Below, piece by piece: positions 7,438 to 16,818 of a stretch of 32,000 nt of DNA. The position numbers and the translations under genes were made by a program. Within the stretch, counting starts at the first letter, position 1, and every line of letters starts with the position of its first letter. This DNA is from Candidatus Didemnitutus sp. (GTDB lineage Bacteria > Verrucomicrobiota > Verrucomicrobiia > Opitutales > Opitutaceae). Below the pieces are notes generated by a model that did no database searches, was not told where the DNA came from, and saw only the letters and a program-made list of their open reading frames with translations. The stretch covers positions 26,053 to 58,052 of the forward strand of contig DASZXI010000045.1 in NCBI GenBank assembly GCA_035545955.1, given 5' to 3'.

Positions 7438-8421
7438 TCATTGCGCCGTCGCGCCGCGCGAAAAGATTTCGCTGATGATGTCCTCGAGCGGCACGTCCTG
7501 GATCGTGATGTCCTCGACCGCTCCCTGATTGAGAATCTGCTGGCAGACGTCCGTGATTCGCTCGCTCGGCACATGCAGCGTGATCTCGCCGTCGTCACCG
7601 GTGCGCGCCGTGCCGTGGGCCGGTTTCCAATCGGGCGGAAACGCATTGTCGCCCGGACGGAACTTGATGATCCGCTGGCGCGCGCCCGCGCCGGCGATGC
7701 GGTCGAGGGCGCCGTCGTAGATCTTGCGGCCATGATCGATCACGATCACGCGTTCGCACAGTTGCGAAATGTCGGCCATGTAGTGGCTCGTGAGCAGGAT
7801 GGTCGTGCGGTGCCGGCGGTTGTAGTCGCGCAGAAAATCGCGCACGGCCTTCTGCGAGATGACGTCGAGTCCGATTGTGGGTTCGTCGAGAAAGAGGACC
7901 CGCGGTCGATGCAGGAGCGCCGCGATCAGTTCCATCTTCATGCGCTCGCCGAGCGACAACTCGCGCACCTGCACGTTGAGTTTGTGGCGAACTCCGAGCA
8001 GATCGACCAGCTCGTCGAGCGTCGCCTGGTATTGCGCCGGATCGAGGTCGTAGATGGCGCGCAGCAGATAGAACGACTCGAGGGCCGGCAGGTCCCACCA
8101 CAGCTGGTTCTTCTGTCCGAGCACGAGGGCGAACAGGCGCCGATAGGCATTTTCGCGTTTGGAGGGATCGAAGCCGGCGACGCGCGCCTGGCCACTGGTC
8201 GGGTAGATCAGGCCCGAGAGCATCTTGAGCGTGGTGGTCTTGCCGGCGCCGTTCGGGCCGAGAAAGCCGACGAATTCGCCCTCCTTGATCGAAAACGAAA
8301 CATTGTCCGCCGCGCGGGTCTCCTCGAAGTCGCGCTTGAAGAGCCCTTGCAGGCCGCCCCAGAACCCGGGCTTCTTCTTGTAGGTGCGGAAGACGCGGGT
8401 GAGGTTTTCGACTTCGATCAT
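7438..8421 (-). CDS. ABC transporter ATP-binding protein (ABC-2/'uncharacterized transport system' type with C-terminal extension)
   Basis: Walker A 'GPNGAGKTT', signature 'LSLGERMKM', Walker B 'VLFLDEPT', H-loop 'LTSHYM'. The ORF track starts at 8448 (MFPCSLGAR-). The second Met (MIEVENLTRVF, ATG at 8421) fits the usual N-terminus of this family better. Confidence 0.9.
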   Translation of the reverse strand: MIEVENLTRVFRTYKKKPGFWGGLQGLFKRDFEETRAADNVSFSIKEGEFVGFLGPNGAGKTTTLKMLSGLIYPTSGQARVAGFDPSKRENAYRRLFALVLGQKNQLWWDLPALESFYLLRAIYDLDPAQYQATLDELVDLLGVRHKLNVQVRELSLGERMKMELIAALLHRPRVLFLDEPTIGLDVISQKAVRDFLRDYNRRHRTTILLTSHYMADISQLCERVIVIDHGRKIYDGALDRIAGAGARQRIIKFRPGDNAFPPDWKPAHGTARTGDDGEITLHVPSERITDVCQQILNQGAVEDITIQDVPLEDIISEIFSRGATAQ

Positions 8422-8580
8422 GCGGGCGCCGAGTGAACACGGAAACAACCCGGATGCAAACCCGACGCGCCGCCAAGCCGGCCTTCAGGGGGCCATAAGG
8501 CGGTTTACAATCCTCCTACGAGGCTCAAGAACCGTCCCGTTGAGCCGATCTTCCGGGCAGCTCCGGAAGCCATCCCTCTC

Positions 8581-11500
8581 GTGTCAGCAGTTCGTCATAG
8601 CCTCGACCGGCATTTGTCCGGCCGAAGCGCCATCATCTTTGCCTGGGTCGCGGGCCTGACCCTCGGGATAGCTCTGCGTGCCCAGCCGGCGCCTCCCCAT
8701 ACGTCGGGGCCGATCCTGTCGGCCGGCGAGATTTGGACGGTCCCGGAACCGCTGCGGAAGACGAGCTTCCCGGTGAAAATGGAGTTCACCGCGAACTATT
8801 ACGACGCGGCGTGGCATCTCCTGTGGGGCGAGGATGGCGGTGGCTGTTTTTTCCTTCCGATTACCGCCAATCCCCTGGCCATCCGAAGCGGCCAGCGGGT
8901 GCGCGTCGAGGGCACGGTGGTGCCGGCGGACGGACTCGATGGGCCGCAACTCAAGATCACCGTGCTGCAACGCGATGCCTGGGCCGAACCGCGCCCGACC
9001 GCGGGACGCGTCGACGATGTGGCCGCGCTCGATCCGCGCTGGGTCGTCGTGACCGGCTACGTCGTTGGCCAGCAGGAGGTCGATTCGACGCATTTTCTGA
9101 TCACCGTGCTGAGTGATGGGCGGCTCATTAACGCCCGCGTCCAGGTCGGAGCCAACGACCCGGTGCCGCAGTTGATCGGCGCGCGCGTCCAGCTCTACGG
9201 CGTCTACATCGCCAATCGCGACCCGGCCGGAGCGTTGCACGACATCAACCTCTGGGTTCCGCGACGGCAGGACGTTCGCCTGCTCACGTGGTTGTCCGAT
9301 GACGCCCGGTTTCTGCTGCCGCGGACGGCGCTGGCCTCCCTCGCGGAATCGGCCGCCGCGCCGTGGATTCGCGCGATCGGCGAGGTCAAGGCGACGGAGC
9401 CCGGGAAATCAATCACGCTGCGGGACGACACCGGCCAGATCACAGTCGCAACCGCGCAGCTGGGTGATTTTCCGGCCGGCGCCAAGGTCGAGGTCGTCGG
9501 CCACCCGGTGAGCACGAATGCCGGCTGGGTGCTGGGCGATCCCATTTTCCGGCGGAAGGAGGATGGAGCCGGCGAGAAGGCGCTCGCGTCGACGACGGAC
9601 GTCCTTTCTCGGCTCCGACTCGCCCAACAAGTTCTCGCTCTCCCCAGTGCGGACGCCGAACGGGGCTTTCCCGTGACGCTCCGCGGCGTCGTCACGTGGG
9701 TGGACCGCCGGGCCGACATTTTCTACCTGCAGGACTCGAGCGGGGGCGTCCGGGTGCGCTGCTTCAATGTCGCCTCGCCGCCGCCGATCGGAGCGTCCGT
9801 GTCGATGACCGGTTTGACCGTGAGCGGCTCGTTTGCTCCCGAGGTCCAGATGCGCGACTTTCATGCGGTCAGTCCGCTGCCGCCGCCTCCGGCGCATCCA
9901 CTCTCGCTGGAACAGGCATTGACCGGCGCGTACGAAAGCCAATGGGTCGAGATGCGGTCCTATGTGCACGCGGTCGAGGACGAAGGTGACTGGACCCGCC
10001 TGGACTTGACGGCCGAGACCGGCGAGTTCAGCGCCTATGCGCCAGCCGAGAAGTCCCTGCATGCGTTGGTGGGGGCCGTTGTCCGGCTGACCGGAGTATG
10101 CATGGCCGAGGTGAACGGCAACCGCGAGTTGACCGGCATCAGGTTGTGGGTGCCGAGTCGAGACTCTGTGAGCGTTGACGATACGCCGGCGGCCGATCCC
10201 TTCGGCAGCGCGGTCCGATTCATCGCGAGTCTGCGTCAATTCCGAGGGTCCGGCGAGGCCGGGCGTCGGGTGCACGTCGCCGGTTGCGTGCAAATGACCG
10301 GATCGAAGCACTATTTTCATCTGCAGGACGCGAGTGGCGGCATCCTGGTGCTGACGCGCGATCCGCGTCCGCTGGCTGTCGGCGACTGGGTCGAGGTGGT
10401 CGGATTTCCCGGACGCAGCGGCAGCCGCCCGGTGTTGCGCGAGGCGGTGTGGCGGTCGATGCCGGCGGGAGAACCGATCGACGCCGCGACGATCACGAAC
10501 ACGGCGATCATCAGCACGGAGCTGGATACCCGCCTCGTCCGGGTGGAGGCGACGCTGCGACAGGTTGGATTGGAGCCCGACCGGACCAAGCTCGCGCTCA
10601 ATGCCGATGGAATCAATTTCGACGCGGTGCTCGACGGCGGGCATCCCGATCCCGTGCCGCCGCCGGGCAGCCGGTTGCGGGTGACTGGAATCTATCTGGT
10701 CGAATACGACGAGGACCATCAACCGCGTGGTTTCCGCCTGCAGCTGCGCTCGCCGGACGACGTCGCCGTGCTGGCGCCGCCGCTCTGGTGGACGCCCGGC
10801 CGCGTGATGCTGGTGGCCGCGGGATTCGCCTGCTGCACCGTGCTCGGATTCGTGTGGGTGACGCTGTTGCGGCGTCGCGTGCGGCGGCAGACCGAACAGA
10901 TCCGTCTGCAAATGGAAAAGGAGGCGCGCATGCAGTCCGAACTCGAACGCTCGTCGCGTCTCGATTCGCTCGGCGTGCTGGCCGGTGGCATCGCGCATGA
11001 TTTCAACAACCTTCTGACGGCGATCATGGGCAACATCGGGCTCCTCCGGCTCGATCCGGGCGTGATGAGTTCCGCGAGCGAACAGGTGCTGGCGGCGGAG
11101 CGCGCCGCCAAGCGGGCCGGCGACGTCACCCAGCAACTCCTCACCTTTGCCAAGGGCGGCGATCCGGTGCGCTCGATCGTCGACCTGCCGGAACTTGTGC
11201 GCGAGGCGGCGGGTTTCGCCCGTCACGGGTCGAGCGTGCGCGTGGAATTCAATTTTCCCGCCGACCTGCCGCCGGCGGACGTCGACTCCAGCCAGATCAG
11301 CCGCGTGGTGCACAACCTCGTGCTCAACTCGGTGCAGGCCATGGCCACGGGCGGCGTGGTGCAGATATCGCTCGCGGCCTTCCACCTGGCGGCGGGCGAG
11401 GTGCCTCCGCTGATGGCGGGACGCTATCTCCGTCTGACGATTGCCGACAATGGTCCGGGGATTCCCGCGGCGCGCCTGTCGCGCATCTTCGACCCCTATT

Positions 11501-12096
11501 TCTCGACCAAGGCGAAGGGAAGCGGACTCGGACTCGCGACCGCGCACTCGATCGTGAAGAAACACCAGGGCACCATTGCCGTGGATTCAACCCTCGGGCG
11601 TGGCACGACCTTCCACATCTGGTTGCCGGCCGCGGTGCGACCGGCGACGGCCACCCGGGTGCCCACGGCGGATCCGGGCTTCGGCGTTCACGCCCGCATT
11701 CTTTTCATGGATGACGAGGAGGTCCTGCGCAATCTCGTCCAGAGTTTCCTCGCCCGATCCGGCCACGAAGGCACGCTGGTCGCCGATGGCGCCGCGGCCG
11801 TTGCGGCCTACGCCGAGGCGCGGGCGCAGGGGCGCGGCTACCAAGTGGTGATCCTCGACCTCACCGTGCCGGGCGGCATGGGCGGGCGGGACGCCGTCGC
11901 GGAGTTGCGTCGGATCGATCCGGAGGTGTGCGCGGTGGCCTCGAGCGGCTATTCCAACGATCCGGTCATGGCCAATCATCGCGCCTACGGATTCGCCGCG
12001 GTGATGCCGAAGCCTTACGACTTCGAGACTTTCAACCGCGTCATCGGCCGACTTCAGCTCTCGCGCAAGTCCGCGTCCATCGCACCGGCGGTCTGA
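8581..12096 (+). CDS. Hybrid sensor histidine kinase/response regulator with a ~700-aa periplasmic domain built from repeated OB-like modules
   Basis: 1171-aa ORF with a GTG start. Signal/anchor 'RSAIIFAWVAGLTLGIALRAQ'; second TM 'VMLVAAGFACCTVLGFVWVTLL'. H-box 'LAGGIAHDFNNLLTAIMGN'. ATPase motifs: 'DNGPGIPAARLSRIFDPYFSTK', 'GSGLGLATAHSIV'. Receiver: 'RILFMDDEEV...VVILDLTVPGGMGG...ASSGY...MPKPYD'. Confidence 0.9.
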   Translation: MSAVRHSLDRHLSGRSAIIFAWVAGLTLGIALRAQPAPPHTSGPILSAGEIWTVPEPLRKTSFPVKMEFTANYYDAAWHLLWGEDGGGCFFLPITANPLAIRSGQRVRVEGTVVPADGLDGPQLKITVLQRDAWAEPRPTAGRVDDVAALDPRWVVVTGYVVGQQEVDSTHFLITVLSDGRLINARVQVGANDPVPQLIGARVQLYGVYIANRDPAGALHDINLWVPRRQDVRLLTWLSDDARFLLPRTALASLAESAAAPWIRAIGEVKATEPGKSITLRDDTGQITVATAQLGDFPAGAKVEVVGHPVSTNAGWVLGDPIFRRKEDGAGEKALASTTDVLSRLRLAQQVLALPSADAERGFPVTLRGVVTWVDRRADIFYLQDSSGGVRVRCFNVASPPPIGASVSMTGLTVSGSFAPEVQMRDFHAVSPLPPPPAHPLSLEQALTGAYESQWVEMRSYVHAVEDEGDWTRLDLTAETGEFSAYAPAEKSLHALVGAVVRLTGVCMAEVNGNRELTGIRLWVPSRDSVSVDDTPAADPFGSAVRFIASLRQFRGSGEAGRRVHVAGCVQMTGSKHYFHLQDASGGILVLTRDPRPLAVGDWVEVVGFPGRSGSRPVLREAVWRSMPAGEPIDAATITNTAIISTELDTRLVRVEATLRQVGLEPDRTKLALNADGINFDAVLDGGHPDPVPPPGSRLRVTGIYLVEYDEDHQPRGFRLQLRSPDDVAVLAPPLWWTPGRVMLVAAGFACCTVLGFVWVTLLRRRVRRQTEQIRLQMEKEARMQSELERSSRLDSLGVLAGGIAHDFNNLLTAIMGNIGLLRLDPGVMSSASEQVLAAERAAKRAGDVTQQLLTFAKGGDPVRSIVDLPELVREAAGFARHGSSVRVEFNFPADLPPADVDSSQISRVVHNLVLNSVQAMATGGVVQISLAAFHLAAGEVPPLMAGRYLRLTIADNGPGIPAARLSRIFDPYFSTKAKGSGLGLATAHSIVKKHQGTIAVDSTLGRGTTFHIWLPAAVRPATATRVPTADPGFGVHARILFMDDEEVLRNLVQSFLARSGHEGTLVADGAAAVAAYAEARAQGRGYQVVILDLTVPGGMGGRDAVAELRRIDPEVCAVASSGYSNDPVMANHRAYGFAAVMPKPYDFETFNRVIGRLQLSRKSASIAPAV

Positions 12097-12110
12097 CGTG
12101 CGGGGCAAGG

Positions 12111-12138
12111 ATGCAGGGCGGGATTCGGCGATCCCGCC
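12111..12138. repeat. Minimal copy of the GTAG-hairpin repeat (stem only, GCAG variant)
   Basis: 'TGCAGGGCGGGATTCGGCGATCCCGCC': stem GGCGGGAT/ATCCCGCC, the same stem variant as the full copy at 12397-12446. Confidence 0.55.
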
Positions 12139-12154
12139 ACCATTCGAACCCCAT

Positions 12155-12240
12155 GTGACCGCGGATTTCTCGGATAACACAAATCGATCCACGGAGCCGT
12201 GCTTGATAATCCGTGTCATCCGTGAAATCCGTGGTCAAAA
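12155..12240. repeat. Inverted pair of CACGGA-word arrays forming a long imperfect palindrome
   Basis: Left arm 'GACCGCGGATTTCTCGGATAACACAAAT'. The reverse complement of the right arm is 'GACCACGGATTTCACGGATGACACGGAT' (about 22/28 identical). The centre is 'CACGGAGCCGTG'. Related arrays are at 17614-17645, 17742-17776 and 21607-21638. Confidence 0.6.
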
Positions 12241-12256
12241 GGTTCGATCGATCAAC

Positions 12257-12306
12257 GGCGGGGTTCGGCCCTTCGACAAGCTCAGGGCGAGCGACCCCGC
12301 CCTACA
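12257..12306 (+). repeat. GTAG-hairpin (REP-like) repeat, full copy
   Basis: 'GGCGGGGTTCGGCCCTTCGACAAGCTCAGGGCGAGCGACCCCGCCCTACA'; stem GGCGGGGT/ACCCCGCC. Confidence 0.65.
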
Positions 12307-12396
12307 GCCGTGGAGACGTCACGAAGGAACGAACTGAACTGCCTGGGCAGATTTTCTCTGCGCTGGAAACTCGTGATATTCGTGGGCGATCGTTTT

Positions 12397-12446
12397 GGCG
12401 GGATTCGGACCTTCGACAGGCTCAGGTCAGGCGATCCCGCCCTACA
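12397..12446 (+). repeat. GTAG-hairpin (REP-like) repeat, full copy
   Basis: 'GGCGGGATTCGGACCTTCGACAGGCTCAGGTCAGGCGATCCCGCCCTACA'; stem GGCGGGAT/ATCCCGCC. Confidence 0.65.
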
Positions 12447-12464
12447 TCCGGAGAAGCCGGGAAA

Positions 12465-13280
12465 TTACGGATGCCCCAGCCGGCGATAATCGAGAATCGT
12501 GTGGCTGATCGCGCCGGCACTCACGCATTTCAGATCGGAAAGCGGCGACGCCGGGGAAACGTCCTGTCCCTGCGTCCAGATCAGGCGGTGGGTGCCGTCA
12601 TCGGCCGCCGGACTGAAAAGCCCGGGGACGAAGAACTGGGCCGGGACGGTTCGCCGAACGGGGGCGTCGGGACGACACGGAAACGGAAAGTTCAGGTTGT
12701 GAACCGTGAAGCTGCGCGGCGCGGTCGCCGGGAGCAATTCGGCGGTGAGGCGGGCTGCGTGCGCCGCCGAGACCTGCAGCGTCGCGAGCAAGGTCTCGTC
12801 CGGCCGCCCGCCGTGATCCTTGAGATATTTGTAGGTTTCCTCGGTCACATCCTGCGACACGGCCAGCGCGGGCAGGCCGTGGAGCGCGCCTTCCCACGCG
12901 CCGGCGATCGTCCCGCTGGCGAGGATGAACCCGAGCGTGCAATTGAATCCGACATTGATGCCGCTGACCACCCCTTCGACGCATGTTGTTTGCTCAGGGC
13001 CTGCGGCGCCCTCGACTCGTCTCTTCGGGAGGAGATGCGCCAGGGCGATGTTCACGCAGTCGGACGGAGTGCCGTCGACGGTCCAGGTCGGGCAACCGAA
13101 GCCGCGCTCGCACCGTTCGGATTTCACGCCGCGGGCGCGGGTCTTCGATGCACCGGTCCAGCTTTGCTCGTGGACGGGAGCGACCACGAACAGCTCATGT
13201 CCGGCGTCCCGCAGCGCTGCGATGAGAGCGTGAAGGAAGACGGAGCCGATTCCGTCGTCGTTGGTGACCAGCAGCTTCAT
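12465..13280 (-). CDS. surE: 5'/3'-nucleotidase SurE
   Basis: 271-aa ORF with 'MKLLVTNDDGIGS', 'VVSGINVGFNCT' and 'ASGTIAGAWEGAL', the hallmark SurE motifs. Confidence 0.9.
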   Translation of the reverse strand: MKLLVTNDDGIGSVFLHALIAALRDAGHELFVVAPVHEQSWTGASKTRARGVKSERCERGFGCPTWTVDGTPSDCVNIALAHLLPKRRVEGAAGPEQTTCVEGVVSGINVGFNCTLGFILASGTIAGAWEGALHGLPALAVSQDVTEETYKYLKDHGGRPDETLLATLQVSAAHAARLTAELLPATAPRSFTVHNLNFPFPCRPDAPVRRTVPAQFFVPGLFSPAADDGTHRLIWTQGQDVSPASPLSDLKCVSAGAISHTILDYRRLGHP

Positions 13281-13290
13281 CTCGCGGGGC

Positions 13291-13803
13291 TCAGCCCTCC
13301 GCGGGAGGCACGACCTCGGCCTGACGGCGCTTGGAGTCGGCGAGCAGCCACACCATGTAGGCCACCACGATGAGATTCAGCATCAGGGTCGAGTAGCGGA
13401 CCCAGGTCGGGTGTTTGGCCAGTTCGAAGACCTCGATCGGAATGTAGACGCCGCCGCTGAACGCCGCGAACCACTCCGCCCATTTGCGCTCGAACCACAA
13501 GCCGTAGGCCTCGATGAAACGCACCGTCGCGTAAAGCGCCGCCACTCCTGCCAGCAGCCAGAGCTGGGTGTCCGTGACATTCGACATCCACTCCACGAAA
13601 GCCTTCATGTAGTGATTCGCCGGGTCCAGATGCATCCGGACGATCAGCTTCTCGGCGATCTGCTCCGCGTCGCGTCCGAGCAGGCTCAGACCGCTGAGTC
13701 CCGCCACCAGGCCCAGAAATCCCTTGAACGCCTCGAAAACGGCGATCGGACGAAGGGCCTTGTGGGCAATCGATTTCACGGGGCCGATAACCCTAGGCCA
13801 CAT
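13291..13803 (-). CDS. DUF2127-type small integral membrane protein
   Basis: 170-aa ORF with four hydrophobic helices. '[27 protein letters not shown]...' and '...[40 protein letters not shown]' resemble the DUF2127 family as I remember it. It lies 10 bp upstream of surE. Confidence 0.65.
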   Translation of the reverse strand: MWPRVIGPVKSIAHKALRPIAVFEAFKGFLGLVAGLSGLSLLGRDAEQIAEKLIVRMHLDPANHYMKAFVEWMSNVTDTQLWLLAGVAALYATVRFIEAYGLWFERKWAEWFAAFSGGVYIPIEVFELAKHPTWVRYSTLMLNLIVVAYMVWLLADSKRRQAEVVPPAEG

Positions 13804-13811
13804 CCGGTCCG

Positions 13812-13848
13812 CGGAAAGAAAAAAGCCACGGCGATCGGCCGTGGCTTT
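13812..13848 (-). terminator. Rho-independent terminator downstream of pnp
   Basis: Minus-strand RNA: AAAGCCACGGC-CGAUC-GCCGUGGCUUU followed by UUUCUUUCC (stem 13822-13832/13838-13848, U-tract 13812-13821). It begins ~20 nt after the pnp stop at 13868. Confidence 0.75.
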
Positions 13849-13867
13849 GTGACGATTTTGGCGGGCG

Positions 13868-16063
<2,196 letters not shown>

Positions 16064-16175
16064 ATTTCTAGCAGGTGCGCCGGGCGACCCGACGGGGTGC
16101 CGGCGCGGGGAGGTTTGTCCTTTTTCGTTCCCCCGAATCAGCTTCTGAGAAATTTCGGATTACGGCTCTCGTCGG

Positions 16176-16236
16176 GTGGAGCGCGTTGTCCTCAACGCGC
16201 TTTGCTCGTGAACGCGTTGGGGGCAACGCGTTCCAC
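16176..16236 (-). promoter_or_regulatory. 61-nt double palindrome in the rpsO-pnp spacer (two inverted copies of the AACGCGTTG hairpin repeat); candidate pnp-leader processing or regulatory structure
   Basis: 'GTGGAGCGCGTTGTCCTCAACGCGC tttgctc GTGAACGCGTTGGGGGCAACGCGTTCCAC'. Each half is itself a hairpin. Alternatively the outer arms pair 12/13 and the inner arms pair 8/8, giving a ~25-bp duplex. Confidence 0.5.
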
Positions 16237-16282
16237 TTGGGGAGAGAAGTAAGCGGAAATGTCCCGTCGGACTGGCTTCGGA

Positions 16283-16320
16283 GGAAAAGCGAAAGGCGGC
16301 CCGACGATGGACCGCCTTTC
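16283..16320 (-). terminator. Intrinsic terminator/attenuator downstream of rpsO
   Basis: Minus-strand RNA 11 nt after the rpsO stop: GAAAGGCGG-UCCAUCGUCGGG-CCGCCUUUC followed by GCUUUUCC. Confidence 0.6.
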
Positions 16321-16331
16321 GTGAAAACGGG

Positions 16332-16595
16332 TTATTTGCGCAGGTTAAGCTTCTGCAGCAAGTCGTTGTATTTGGCCAGGTCTTCGCGCTTGAGGTAATC
16401 AAGCAGCTTACGACGGCGGCTGGCCATCTGGAGAAGGCCGCGGCGGCTATGGAAGTCCTTGCGATGCGTGCGGAGATGCTCGGTCAAGTGATTGATCCGG
16501 GCGGTGAGCAGCGCGATCTGGACGTCGCTGGAGCCGGTGTCCTTCTCGTGGGTTTTGAACTGGGCGATGACTTCGGATTTAACGGGTTGTGGCAT
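16332..16595 (-). CDS. rpsO: 30S ribosomal protein S15
   Basis: 87 aa from the internal Met of ORF 16332..16748: '[87 protein letters not shown]'. The upstream 51-codon extension of the ORF covers the structured leader and is not S15-like. Confidence 0.95.
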   Translation of the reverse strand: MPQPVKSEVIAQFKTHEKDTGSSDVQIALLTARINHLTEHLRTHRKDFHSRRGLLQMASRRRKLLDYLKREDLAKYNDLLQKLNLRK

Positions 16596-16623
16596 GGTTA
16601 TTTGGTTGATGGCGCGGTCGTTA

Positions 16624-16735
16624 TGGGAGCCTTGCGGCCCCGTGCCGCCCGCTTTTGGAAGGCCGGCGGCACCGTTAGTGTCCGGTTGCCCGGACTGACC
16701 GTGGTGGGAGCCTGCGACCAGCAGGCTTCCACTAA
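16624..16735 (-). promoter_or_regulatory. Structured 5' leader of rpsO (hand-folded three-way junction plus two further hairpins); candidate S15 autoregulatory element
   Basis: Coordinates refer to the minus-strand RNA. P1 is UUAGUG (16735-16730) / CACUAA (16680-16675). It encloses the hairpins GCCUGC-ugguc-GCAGGC (16726-16710) and UCCGG-GCAA-CCGGA (16694-16681). Next come GUGCCGCC...GGCGGCAC (16672-16642) and GGGGCC-GCAA-GGCUCC (16641-16626), which contains a G-U pair. The ATG is at 16595. Confidence 0.45.
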
Positions 16736-16818
16736 CGCAAGTGACCATTAATCAAACTGACAGGCCGGCGCGCAAGCGTTATTTTTCGACAACAGAATTC
16801 AAACTAAGGGAATTATCG

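Noticed and set aside
7189-8436. 415-aa + ORF and 293-aa minus ORF (7595..8476) overlapping the ABC ATPase
   Set aside because: The minus-strand frame 7438..8421 has Walker A, Walker B and signature motifs. The others are shadow or alternative frames. The 5' part of 7189..8436 is translated repeat DNA.
9409-11565. 718-aa minus ORF inside the hybrid kinase gene
   Set aside because: It is antisense to a frame with H-box, ATPase and receiver motifs, and has shadow composition.
12041-12337. Small ORFs in repeat spacers (e.g. 12041..12238 'MTTDFTDDTD...', 12098..12337, 21609..21815 'MTTDFTDNTDSK...PFDRLRAGHAALH', 7281..7475)
   Set aside because: Their 'conserved' peptides are translations of the CACGGA arrays and GTAG-hairpin repeats. 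These occur in both orientations and in different frames, so the DNA or RNA sequence is what recurs, not a protein.
16624-16735. The structured region upstream of rpsO as an SRP (4.5S) RNA or other independent ncRNA gene
   Set aside because: The GNRA-capped hairpin 'UCCGG-GCAA-CCGGA' superficially recalls SRP helix 8. The conserved SRP internal-loop sequence (AGGUCAGGUCCGGAAGGAAGCAGC-like) is absent. The element also lies directly between a gene end and the rpsO start, in the sense orientation. A cis-acting leader is the simpler explanation.
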